Below, in pieces: positions 37,695-49,424 of a DNA stretch of 64,000 nt. The DNA lies in assembly GCA_030390025.1 (NCBI GenBank), contig CM059432.1, positions 57,724,001-57,788,000 on the forward strand, written 5' to 3'. Each line of letters opens with the position of its first letter. The stretch's first letter is position 1. Both the position numbers and the translations under genes were made by a program. This DNA comes from Squalus acanthias. Its lineage: Eukaryota. The notes under the pieces are model-generated. The model was not told the origin of the DNA. It made no database searches and saw only the letters and a program-made list of their open reading frames with translations.

Positions 37695-39210
37695 CCCATG
37701 TACATTGATGACTGTATTGGTGCCGTCTCCTGCTCTCGCCCTGAACTAGAAAATTTCATTCACTATGCTTCCAATTTCCACCCTTTCCTCACCTTCACGT
37801 GGTCCATCTCCGACTCTTCCCTTCCCTTCCTCGACTTCTCTGTCTCCATCTCTGGGGATAGGTTATTGACTAACTTTCACTACAAGCCCACTGACTCCCA
37901 CAGCTACCTGGACTACACTTCCTCCCACCCCGCCTCCTGTAAGGACTCTATTCCATTCTTCCAGTTTCTCCGTCTCCGCCGCAACTGCTCTGACTATGCC
38001 ACCTTCCATACCAGTGCTTCCGACATGTCTTCCTTTTTCCTCAACCGAGGATTCCCCTCTACTGTGGTTGACACGGCCCTCGACCGTGTCCGTTCTATCT
38101 CCTGCACTTCTGCCCTCACCCCTGCCCCTCCCTCCCGGAACCACGATAGAGTTCCCCTTGTACTCACCTTTCACCCCACCAGCCTCCACATTCAACGGAT
38201 CATCCTCCGCCACCTCCAGCGTGATCCTACCACCAAACGCATCTTCCCCTCACCTCCCCTTTCAGCATTCCGCAGGGACCGCTCCCTTCGCGACACCCTA
38301 GTCCACTCCTCTACCACCCCGAGCACCCCTTCCCCTTCGCCCGGCACCTTCCCGTGCAAGCGCAGGAGATGCAACACCTGCCCTTATACCTCCCCTCTTC
38401 CCACTGTCCAGGGCCCCAAACACCCCTTCCAGGTGAAACAGCGATTTACTTGTACTTCCTGCAATTTAGTATACTGTATTCGCTGCTCACGATGTGGTCT
38501 CCTCTACAGTGGGGAGACCAAACGCAGATTGGGTGACCGCTTTGCGGAACACCTCCGTTCAGTCCGTAAGGGGGACCCCGAGCTCCCGGTGGCCTGTCAC
38601 TTTAATTCTCTGCTCCACTCCCACTCTGACCTCACCGTCCTCTGCCTCTTGCATTGTTCCACGGAAGCGCAGCGTAAGCTTGAGGAACAACACCTCATCT
38701 TTCGATTAGGCACACTACAGCCCTCTGGACTCAACATAGAGTTCAACAATTTCAGATCATAACCCCGGCCCCTATCACATATATATATATAATTTTTTTT
38801 TTCATCCACCCTTTTGTTTGGCCCCTTTTTTTCTTCCCTCCCAGAAGCTGGCAGCTGTCCTTCATTCTGCCAGCGCATTTCCCACTTCATCTAGCCTCAA
38901 CCTGTCACATTACCACCTCCTCTTGCCTTGAATATCTCTTAATGTCTCTCAATGTCTCTTAATCTCTCCTGCTTTCTATCCGACCACTGACCTTCTCTTT
39001 TGTTCTTTCATCCCCTCCCCCTTTTCCCAGCATTATACTTGCTTTAAATCTATTTCATTTCCTGCATTTTTTCCAGTTCTGACAAAAGGTCTTCGACCTG
39101 AAACGTTAACTCTGTTTCTCTCTCCACGGATGCTGCCTGGCCTGCTGAGTTTTTCCAGCGTTTTCTGTTGTTATTTTGGATTTCCAGCATCCGCAGTATT
39201 TTGCTATCGT
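37695..39210 (+). mobile_element. 5'-truncated Penelope-like element (RT C-terminus, GIY-YIG endonuclease, 3' pLTR)
   Basis: ORF 37641-38762: YIDD, LPFLD, YKPTDSHSYL, then NLVYCIRCSRCGLLYSGETKRRLGDRFAEH and LQPSGLN, typical of PLE GIY-YIG domains. Confidence 0.93.
39075..39111 (+). ncRNA. Minimal hammerhead ribozyme-like motif in Penelope pLTR, core mutated
   Basis: AGTT-CTGACAA-A-AGGTC-TTC-GACCT-GAAACGTT-AACT; G8 replaced by A. Confidence 0.55.
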
Positions 39211-39324
39211 GTGAAGCATGCTGCTGGTTGTGCTAAATTGTTAACATTTAACCTATGGAATGGAGGCTGTGGCATCTCCCTTTGGGGGAGGGGAAAGAGA
39301 AAGAAAGAAGGATTTGTATTTATA

Positions 39325-40942
39325 TACGAACATACGAATTAGGAGCAGGAGTAGGCCACTCGGCCCTTCGAGCCTGCTCCACCATTCAATAAGATCATGG
39401 CTGATCTGATTACTCCACATTCCCACCTACCCCCAATAACTTTTCATCCCCTTGCTTACCAAGAATCTATCTACCTCTGCCTTAAAAATATTCAAAGACT
39501 CTGCTTCCACCGCCCTCTGAGGAAGAGAGTTCCAAAGACTCACAACCCTCTGAGAAAAAATTTCTCCTCATCTGTCTTAAATGGGCGACCCCTTATTTTT
39601 AAACAGTGACCCCTAGTTCTAGATTCTCCCACAAGAGGAAACATCCTCTCCACATCCACCCTGTCCAGACCCCTCAGGATCTTGTATATTTCAATCAAGT
39701 CACCTCTTATTCTTCTGAACTCCAGCGGATACAAGCCTAGCCTGTCCAACCTTTCCTCATAAGACAACCCGCCCATTCCAGGTATTAGTCTAGTAAACCT
39801 TCTCTGAACTGCTTCCAACGCATTTACATCCTTTAAATAAGGAGACCAATACTGTACACAGTACTCCAGATGTGGTCTCACCAATGCCCTGTATAACCTC
39901 CCTACTTTTGTATTCAATTCCCCTCGCAATAAACGATAACATTCTATTAGCTTTCCTAATTACTTGCTGTACCTCCATAGTAATCTTTTGTGATTCATGC
40001 ACTAGGACACCCAGATCCCTCTGCATCTCAGAGCTCTGCAATCTCTCACCATTTAGATAATATGCTTTTTTTATTCTTCCTGCCAAAATGGACAACTTCA
40101 CATTTTCACACATTATACTCCATTTGCCAGATCTTTGCCCACTCACTTAACTTATCTATAACCCTTTGTAGCCTCCTTATGTCCTCTTCACAATTTACTT
40201 TCCTACCTATCTTTGTGTCATCAGCAAATTTAGCAACCATACCTTTGGTCCCTTCATCCAAGTCATTTATATAAATTGTAAAAAGTTGAGGCCCCAGCAC
40301 AGATCCCTGTGGCACACACTCGTTACATCTTGCCAATCAGAAAATGACCCATTTATGCCTACTCTCTGTTTCCTGTTAGCTAGCCAATCTTCTATCCATG
40401 CCAATATGTTACCCCCTACACCATGAGCTTTTATTTTCCGCAATAACCTTTGATGTGGCACCTTATCCGATGCCTTCTAGAAATCTAAGTACAGTACATC
40501 CACCGGTTCCCCTTTATCCACAGCACATGTTACTTCCTCAAAGAACTCCAATAAATTGGTTAAACATGATTTCCCTTGCACAAAACCATGTTGACTCTGC
40601 CTGATTACTTTGAACTTTTCTAAATGCCCTGCTATAACGTCTTTAATAATAGCTTCTAACATCTTCCCTATGACAGATGTTAAGCTAACTGGCCTGTAGT
40701 TTCCTGCTTTCTGTCTCCCTCCCTTTTTGAATAAAGGAGTTACATTCGCTATTTTCCAATCTAATGGAACCTTCCCCGAATCTAGGAAATTTTGGAAAAT
40801 TAAAACCAACGCATCAACTATCTCACTAGCCACTTCTTTTAAGACCCTAGGATGAAGTCCATCAGGACCCGGGGACTTGTCAGCCCGCAGCTCCAACAAT
40901 TTGCTCGGTACCACTTCTCTGGTGATTATAATTTTCTTGAGT
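39325..40942 (-). mobile_element. 5'-truncated CR1 LINE
   Basis: ORF pieces 39540-41031 with [41 protein letters not shown]; tail near 39325-39345. Confidence 0.93.
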
Positions 40943-41332
40943 ACCTTTCGCGACCTCAGAATGATCCAAAGCACTTTATCGCCAATGAAGTACTTTTGAA
41001 GTGTAGGAAACATGGCAGCTAATTTGCGCACAGCGAGGTCTCACAAACAGCAATGTGATAATGATCAGATAATCTCTTTTAGTGATGTTGGTTGAGAGAT
41101 AAATATTGGCCAGGACACCAGGGAGATCCCTTCTTTGAATGGTGCTATGGGATCTTTTATGCCCACCTGAGAGGGCAGACGGGGCCTCGGTTTAACGTCT
41201 TATGCGAAAGATGGCAATTCTGAGCACTGCACAGGAGTGTCGACCTAGATTTTGTGCTGAAGTCTCTGGAGTGGGACTTGAACCCACAGGCTCAGAGGTG
41301 AGAGTGCTAACAACTAAGCCACAGCTAACACC
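40943..41332 (-). mobile_element. Deu-domain (SacSINE1-like) SINE
   Basis: Homologous to 19062-19495, with B box (gggacttgaaccc) and A-box-like head. Confidence 0.82.
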
Positions 41333-41931
41333 TCAGATTGAGACCTTGTGCTTCCTAGTGGCTGGCCAAAAAGGGACATTGACAGAAGTCTTGTAGCAGA
41401 TTGGCATATTCTCAGCATCCAAGCATGTGTCGAGGCATCTGAAGAAATACAGAGGGAAAAAGTACGTGAGGAAGAGTTTATAAATTGTCATGGTGCTTGT
41501 AACAAATTAACAGCATCCATTGCAGACTTCAGAAAATGTTGTTCTTGACAAGTGCAGAGGTACCTGGGAATGTGCATTGTCAATCAGTTTGGTTGCTATG
41601 ATGGTATTTAACGTTATGTGGGCTAATTCATGAACATTTTATGACTGCATTTGGAGGTTTTTCTCCTCAACTGGGTAATGTGCCATAGTTCTAAAATATG
41701 TGAGGGAATCTGATAGAGGCGTTCACAGTATGAATATAAATACCTCTGAGCATCTTCATTAATCATAATAGGTCTTAGATTATTTTGAATGTAAAATAAT
41801 TGACTGATTTTCTCAGAATTTCCCTCTGCCTTTCAGTGTGTATCCTTTCACTTGTCTATATTTTGTTTTATTGCTGTTTATTTTCCATTGATCTCTTCAA
41901 TTTCTTTAATACTTGATTTCTTTTTAAACAG

Positions 41932-41997
41932 ATATTGGTATAAATCTGACAGATCCTATGTTTCATGGGATTTATCGTGGTACTCAAAAACATCAAG
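41932..41997 (+). CDS. TATDN1: TATDN1 coding exon 2 ([22 protein letters not shown])
   Basis: aacag acceptor, GTAAGT donor, 66 nt; near identical to human [22 protein letters not shown]. Confidence 0.97.
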
Positions 41998-43109
41998 GTA
42001 AGTCTTGACGTAACCTACAGCATTTTCATTTTATGTTCAAAGAACACGACCATCTGAACCTTTTGTGAAATGCTGCTTTTTATGTTTGTGCATAGAAGCC
42101 CAATATATTTAAAGCGTTATTTTGATTGGATACTATTGAACTTTGAAATTTTATATATAAACAGTAAGCTAACCTTTTGGTCCTTTTAATGGTCATTAAT
42201 AGTGGTGGTGCGATAACCAGCTCCAATTTCAGATTAGTTTCTTTTCTTGCTGAAAGGAGTAAGGTGGTGGGGCCATTTAGCATTAAATGTATTTAGTACC
42301 ATTGACTTAGCTCCAGGAATTACCACTTCATCAAATAATCAGGGATAAGAATTTTCAGCCATTTAGCAGACTTCTAGCTTTTTGCCCTTGGGACAATATG
42401 CCTGTGAACTTTTGTTTTAATGAGAATAAAGAGAAAGCTGATGCAGTTCTGGTGTGCTGGCACTAATGTACTTGGAGTGACCCCTAGTGGTAGTAAGAGT
42501 ATCCTAACTCCTTGTATAGATTTATCCTTACTAATTCACGCTTATTTGCAAATCCTAACTCGTGTCCCGATGACAAAGTAATGTAACATGACAGTGGTTA
42601 GCTATAGCTTGTTTTTTTTAAAGAGATAATAACCGCATTCAAATATTCAGAGTTCCAGCATCTGTAACTTTTTTCTTTTTTATCGATCCAATCTTTTTAC
42701 ACACATCAGGGAAAAATACTGAAGATATGAATTTCATTCAGTATGAAAGACATATATAAAACAGCCTCTTTTAAATGCTGCCTGTTTAGCTGCACAATAT
42801 CAGTTGGATTGTTTTTACACGCTTCTTCCAGATAACCTGGATGTTCAAGTAACCTACAGTTAGGAGATGGTATTGTCCACATTTCTAACATTAATTGTGC
42901 CAAGTATATTTACGTGTGCCAAACATACCACATGCTGTTAGGGTTCTCACTCACCGGACTCAAAGCTTCATCCTTAAAAGAGTCACTGCATTTTGTTTAC
43001 TGCGCAGAAAAAGTGCTCTTGAGGGAGAGGTACTCATTTCTTTGCATTTTAATTATCTCCCAATTGATGTACTCCGTTCCAGCTAAAGATTGGATCGATA
43101 AAAAAGAAA

Positions 43110-43325
43110 AAAGTTACAGATGCTGGAACTCTGAATTAAAACCAAAGTACTAGAAATACACAGTAGATCAATCAGCATCTGAAAAGATAGGCTAATGTTT
43201 TGGATATGATCCTTCATTATCAGAACAGATGAAGGGTCTGCCATAAAACATTAATCCATATTTTAATTTTTCAGATGCTGGTGGACCTGCTGTGCAGTTC
43301 CAGCATATTCTGGTTTTATTCTTGC
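43110..43325. mobile_element. Old Penelope pLTR-derived inverted pair
   Basis: Left half resembles 49430-49520 and right half resembles 39075-39180 (agatgctg...gacctgctg...tccagcat). Confidence 0.55.
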
Positions 43326-43673
43326 TTAAAATTCTTTTTCGCTCTCCTCTTTCACTTCCTGGTTAATAGGCTTTGCTGCTGCATTTCTTCTATCTAGTTT
43401 ATCCTTTAAACTCCATTTTATTAGTATATTTTCAGGCTTCACCTTTGCCTATTTGCTTACTTAACAGTAACTGCACTTCATGTTAATTTATTGCATGTGA
43501 AGCGCCTTGAAACATTTTTGAGACAAATGCAAGTGCTTCCATTCCTAGCTGTCTCCTCATTACCTGAAAAAAGAGAGAAAATGTAAAGGAGATCAAAATT
43601 CTTTCAGAATTTAAGTCTGACAGGAGGAGAAAAAAAAAGTAAAAGCAAAGAAAACAAAATTAATTTAACTGAT

Positions 43674-46130
43674 GGGCTGGATTTTTCCAACCTTGGCGAG
43701 TCCGGGGCGAGCGACGTCCGTGGCATGTGGGGGACCTTGCATTGGTCTCGATCCCGGCCTCCAACAAGATTTTATGATGATGGGGCTTGTTAAGCCCACC
43801 CTGCGAGGCTCCCGGCCAATTAATAGGAAGCGGGTCTGATTACGTCATTGATGACGCGTCATCAGCCGGTTTCCTTAAAGGGGCCATGTCCAAATTGATC
43901 TCGACAGTTCTGCTGTCAGTGTTCTGGAGCATTGAGGTGCTGCAAATACTGACAATGACTGCACAAAGGTGCATGGCTGCACCCAGGCTCTCCCATAACT
44001 CCCTCCATATGCTTATGGAGGGTGTCAGCACGCAGGGAGGTTCTCTTCCCTTCCCATGGGTGGAAGAGACCTTCCCAGGACACCAACGCAGCCTGGTTGC
44101 ACATTGCACAGGAGGACACAAGCAGGGATGTCGTCAGGAGGACCAGGCTGCAGTGGCGCAAACCTTTCAATGATCTCAGTAGATCACAAAACGTTGGCCC
44201 TGAAATTCGTCTCTCCGGCTTGCCGCGGGGGTAAGGATCGCGCGCGCACTTACCTACCGCGCCTGCCGTTGACCTCTGGGCCCACGGGAACTTCAGCTCC
44301 TGGGCCTGCTCCAAGTGCCGACGCGCAGTGCTTGCGTGTCCCAAGGGCGTAGTTAGTGCGATGCGTCCCCTGGGATCACGTGGGCCATGGCGAGCCAATG
44401 GCAGCAGACCATCTTTCATTCATAGATTTGACAGGAAGACCTGTCAAATCTATGAATTGAAATCGGCCCCAAAAGAACAGCTAAACTTCAAATAAATTAA
44501 AAAAAAACCATCACATTTATAAAATAACTATAAGTTAAATAAATTAACTACTTTAAACAAAAATGTAAATTTTTGAAAAAATTAAAAAAACTTTTTAACA
44601 GTGCTAAAAATAAACTTACCTTTCTTTAAAGTATCTAAAAAGATAAACCTGTTGAAACATTTTTAAAATTATAATTAATTAACCACTTACCTTGTTGAAA
44701 ACGGGTCCTGCGCCTCCTTTTTAAAAGCGTAGGTTCTTCAATACTTACCCTCCCGTAGAAACCTGAAAAAAAATCTAAGTTCGCTGCGTGCGCGCAGCCT
44801 CTACCGCGCACGCGGTTCACCTATGAACCGCCCCCTTCACCAGACCGGAAGTTCCGGTTTCCGGTGCATGCAGGAAACCGGCACTTCAGGACGCCTTACG
44901 GGTGAGTACACAGTACATACTCACCCGGGAAGGGCCGAATTTTTGGCCCGTTACTGCAAAGCCACGCCCAACCTCATCCTCGTGCCACTCATCACATCCC
45001 CATCACTCTGCCTTCCCTACCCTGCACATCCTTACTCACATCAACTTACCTTGCACCTCTGCCCATCCCTCTCTATCTACATTATCACTTCTCCACTCAC
45101 CCTCATCCTAGTCCAATCATACCATGTAACAACACACAAGGGTAGGCACTTGGGTGTTTTAGCCAGTGTTCGTGTAAACTTTCTGTTGTCAAGCATCCTT
45201 ATTGTCACTTTGCCTTCTTGGACAGATTTGTGCTCATCTTTGAAAGTGTCTTAGTGAGTTGTAGTGAATGGTGAGACATAGCTTCCCCCCAATGGTGATG
45301 AGTGTGAAAGGAATGGCTTGGACATTGTAGGGATGCTTTGTGGTGCCAACCTGGTGCATCATATGGCAGCCAGTGTGTTCAGTGTTAAGTGAAGCAAATC
45401 TGGACATGGTGAGGCCATCGCTGGTGTCCCGGGCAGCAATGTGCTCGAGTGATGGTGTCCTGTGTCCTGTGCAGCATCAGTTGATTGCGGGGAAGGTTGG
45501 TGTGGATGTTGGTGATGCTGGTGTTGGGGCTGATCGTGGTGGGATTCTGAGGACCAAGGTGAGATTTTTTCAAGGGCACTGATGCTGATGGAATAGATGG
45601 CAGGTGAGGTTGAGATGACAGAAGTAATCTGTCAATGTTGAGATAGGTTGTTCCAAGGAGGTGACAGTGGATGGAGAAATTACTCCAAACACTTCAAAAG
45701 TGCATAAAGCTCAAAAGTGGCTTCCAGATACTGAAGGCTGAAGCTTCTGAAATTGGAAAGTGACCAGCTGTAAAATGGTAGGTTTTAAACCACTTTTGCA
45801 GCTGTCACCTATTAAAAGAAATGGAGAGTTGTTCAGAACCCGGCATACTTACCTGGCGTGATCCCCGAGCGATGGGAACCTCGTGGAAAACTTGGGAAAA
45901 TGCTTTGTGCCTGGTAAAATGGTGATTAAATTGCTTTAAATACCCTCTTCACGAGCACAATTGCATGACCCGCCATTTAGTGCCGTGTCTGCAAAGCGCA
46001 GGCAGAACCGGCACTAGGGAGACTCACGAGGCGGGTTTAGAGCGGGATACCGCCCTGCTGTCAATCTTTTGGATTTTGACAGCGGACCTGCCTCTGAACC
46101 CGCCCTCTGAGCGCTGGCAAAATTCAGCCC
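43674..46130 (+). mobile_element. Internally deleted PIF/Harbinger transposon containing a nested MITE
   Basis: TIRs GGGCTGGATTTT and AAAATTCAGCCC; Myb/SANT-like remnant at 43955-44190 (AAPRLS...REVLFP...WLHIAQE...RTRLQWRKPFNDL); 45385-45445 (-) matches the transposase 3' end at 52402-52446. Confidence 0.8.
44196..44949 (+). mobile_element. Harbinger-type MITE family A, copy 1
   Basis: TIRs GGCCCTGAAATTCG and CGAATTTTTGGCCC; GTT TSD (44193-44195, 44950-44952); homologous to 47479-48236 and 56999-57719. Confidence 0.93.
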
Positions 46131-46458
46131 CGAGTGTCTAAAGATTAAAAATGAGAGAGAAACACACACTGGGATAAATTCTAGAAATACAACACTTTCC
46201 GTTGAAAAAACAAAGCTGCATTCTTAATTTGCAATTGCTGCTCAATGTGTGGTCATGAATCCAGCTAGCCAGCACATGGAACCTCCAGTATATCGAGAAA
46301 TTAGGTGTTTGCTTCTTGTATTACCTTAATACTCACTTCATTACTTCTTGTATTAAAAACATTATTTAATTACCAGGAGCTTAGCCAGTCAAAGCACCTG
46401 ATCACTTGTCTCAAATGAGAAGTTTTAGGACACAGAATCTGTTTGTGCACTCTTACAG

Positions 46459-46508
46459 ATGACTTTTTGGATGTAGTACAGCGAGCTGTCAAAACTGGAG
46501 TTCAGAAG
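46459..46508 (+). CDS. TATDN1: TATDN1 coding exon 3 (DDFLDVVQRAVKTGVQK)
   Basis: ttacag acceptor, GTAAAC donor, 50 nt, phase-compatible; matches human DDLQDVIGRAVEIGVKK. Confidence 0.93.
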
Positions 46509-47164
46509 GTAAACAAAATTCTGTTTTATGTCAAGGAGGAAAGAACCTTCAAAATCTTGTTTTTAAATCCTGTTTGCATACCGTTTGAATGTTGAAATAG
46601 GTTAACATTGAGTTACCAGATCACTCCAGTAAAGTTAAACGAAATCCTGCAGGAACGCACTGAATATTGGGATACCTAGACAAAAGCTGGCAACAGGCCT
46701 CGATTGCTGGAACTATACAGTAAGTATAGTTCTAGCAATCTGTTGTTTTGTTTCCTTGTACCTTGTGTAAATGCCTTTTTCACTGGCAGTGCTTGGTGAT
46801 CTAGTAGTGTGCTGAGTCTGAATTGTAATTTAAAATATTAGGCACTTTTGGTTTGCTGCATGCATTATGTATTCGATCCTACAGGGAACCAGATTTGAAT
46901 AATTGTCTACCATGGAATGCAGTAAGCACAGAATTCATAAGAATTGTATTGAAAATGATTCTCGCATCTCCCAATAATTATTCCCTATCTGAGTGATAGG
47001 ATAAAACTCCTGTTCCTAAATATTTTGTTTGTATTCTGCGAGTCATTTGCATGTTTAAGAATACACATTTTCCTCCGGATAAGTATAAATGGGTAAAATT
47101 GTTAAAAAGGTGTGCATTGTACATTTAAGCTTTGTCTTACCTAATGATTCTTTCTTTTGTTCAG

Positions 47165-47228
47165 TTCATGATTACAGGAGGCAGTTTGCAAGATAGTAAA
47201 GATGCACTGGAACTGGCAAAGACAAGTG
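47165..47228 (+). CDS. TATDN1: TATDN1 coding exon 4 ([21 protein letters not shown])
   Basis: Polypyrimidine-tcag acceptor, GTAAGT donor, 64 nt; matches human [20 protein letters not shown]. Confidence 0.96.
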
Positions 47229-47478
47229 GTAAGTTAAGAAACTTGTTCTGCTTCAATATTTCTTTTGAAAATGCACAAGGGATGCATTTATCTTGCCACA
47301 GAATTCGGTGTTAATTTTGTTGCTGATTTAACTTATTCTTTAGATTTAAGCTGTTCCAAGGAACAGTAGTGTTACTGAAAAAAGTGTTACAGTTTATTTG
47401 TGCTGTGAATTAATGTGTTCCTTATGCCCATACACTTCTCTAATTCCACTTTACATTTACAATATGGAAAAATATATT

Positions 47479-48236
47479 GGGCCAAAAATTCGGCCCTTCC
47501 CAGGTGAGTACGGACTGTGTACTCACCCGTAAGGCGTCCTGAAATGCCGGTTTCCTGCATGCACTGCGCATGCGCGGGAAACCGGAACTTCCGGTCTGGT
47601 GAAGGGGGCGGTTCATAGGTGAACCGCGTGCGTGGTAGAGGCTGCGCGCACGCAGCAAACTTAGGTTTTTTTTCAGGTTTCTGCGGGAGGGTAAGTATTC
47701 AAGAACCTGCACATTTAAAAAGGAGGCGCAGGACCCGTCTTCAACAAGGTAAGTGGTTAATTAATTATAATTTTTTTTCAACAGGTTTATCTTTTTTAGA
47801 TACTTTAAAGAAAGGTAAGTTTATTTTTAGCACTGTTAAAAAGTTTTTTAAATTTTTCAAAAATTAAAATTTTTGTTTAAAGTAGTTAATTTATTTAACT
47901 TAGTTATTTTATAATTGTGATGGTTTTTTAAAAAATTTATTTTAAGTTTAGCTGTTCTTTTGGGGCTGATTTCAATTCACAGATTTGACAGGTCTTCCTG
48001 TCAAATCTATGAATGAAAGATGGTCTGCTGCCATTGGCTCTCCATGGCCCACGTGATCCCAGGGGTCGCATCGCACTAACTACGCCCCTGGGACACGCAA
48101 ACACTGCGCGCCGGCACTTGGAGCAGGCCCAGGAGCTGAAGTTTCCGTGGGCCCAAAACACAACGGCAGGCGCGGTAGGTAAGTGCGCGCGCGATCCTTA
48201 CCCCCGCGGCAAGCCGGAGAGGCGAATTTCAGGGCC
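47479..48236 (-). mobile_element. Harbinger-type MITE family A, copy 2 (inverted)
   Basis: Reverse complement of 44196-44949; ends GGGCCAAAAATTCG and CGAATTTCAGGGCC; flanks ATT and AAT. Confidence 0.93.
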
Positions 48237-48597
48237 AATGCAACAGAATTGCTGTTTCAAACTTAAATTTAATACTAAAATGATTAAATTCTGTCCGCCA
48301 CCAAGCACGATAGTAACTCAAAAATTTGAAAATAGTTTAAGTGGTAAAAGCGTTGAATTATATCATTTTGGTTATATATTTGTTCCAAAAGGATTTCTAT
48401 GTAGAATCCATTGTACTGAAATGGAGTGGGTCCCACGGCAGCTTTAATGTACTGTAGATTTGAGTTTGCTTTTAGAAACCAAAACTTTGATCAATGCCAT
48501 TGTTACCATATTTTCTTTGATACCAATAGCCCTCTTGGGATGGACAATTCTAATTGACAGGCCATCTTCCTTGCTGATTGGGGAAGATAAATAATAT

Positions 48598-49065
48598 GTG
48601 CCAGCTTGGCTCAGTTGTTAGAATTTTCCTCTCTAACTGAGTCAGAAGAGTTTGGGTTTGAGGCACTCCAGGGCTTGAGCACATAATCCAGGCTGACACT
48701 GCAGTGCAGTACTGAGGGAGTGCTGCATTGTCAGAGATGTTGTCCTTTGGATGAAACTTTAAACTGAGTCTGCCTGTTCTGGTGATTCAGATTAAACTCA
48801 TGGGACTATTTGGAGAAGCAGTGAGTTCTCCTGGTGTCCTGACCAGCATTCCTCCCTTGACGAACACTCCTCCCTCAACCAACACCAACAAAAAAACAGA
48901 TGAACTGCTCATTCATCTCATTACTATTAATGGGATCTTGCTGTGAATGAAATGTCTGCCTTGTGTAGCTACAAAATAGTCACTGCAATTCGAAGTATTT
49001 CATTGTATGAAAATTACCTCAAAGCACTTTAGAGAGGCATGATAAGATGCTATATATATACGCAA
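48598..49065 (+). mobile_element. Deu-domain (SacSINE1-like) SINE, diverged
   Basis: tggctcagttgttag A-box-like head; cagtgcagtactgagggagtgctgcattgtcagag Deu core. Confidence 0.78.
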
Positions 49066-49424
49066 ATATTTTTTTTTTTCTTATAGTAAAACTGTATGTA
49101 AAGTGCCAGCATATTACTGGACTTATGCAGAAGTGTTGCTCATTGATGATAACACCATTATGTTCGTGATATGATTTATTTGCTTGAAGGAATATCAGAA
49201 TGCTATTTGCAATAAAATGTCTAATGGCAAAGTACTATTACTGTATAGTCCTGTGGCTGTGGTGACTATTAAGTAACTAATAGTTTGTTAAAACTGCAAA
49301 TTTAGATACTCTAGTTGAAGAATGATGTGTATTTAACTAAGCATTTAGTTAAGGATGCTGTTTTCCCATCAATATGAAGTAGTTTTAATCGCACATTTAT
49401 GTGAAAAGTAGCAGTATGACTTGT

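Noticed and set aside
45845..45857. ATACTTACCTGGC, identical to the U1 snRNA 5' end
   Set aside because: Similarity stops after 13 nt with no U1 stem-loops or Sm site; better read as a perfect minus-strand donor (CAG|GTAAGTAT) inside the Harbinger element.
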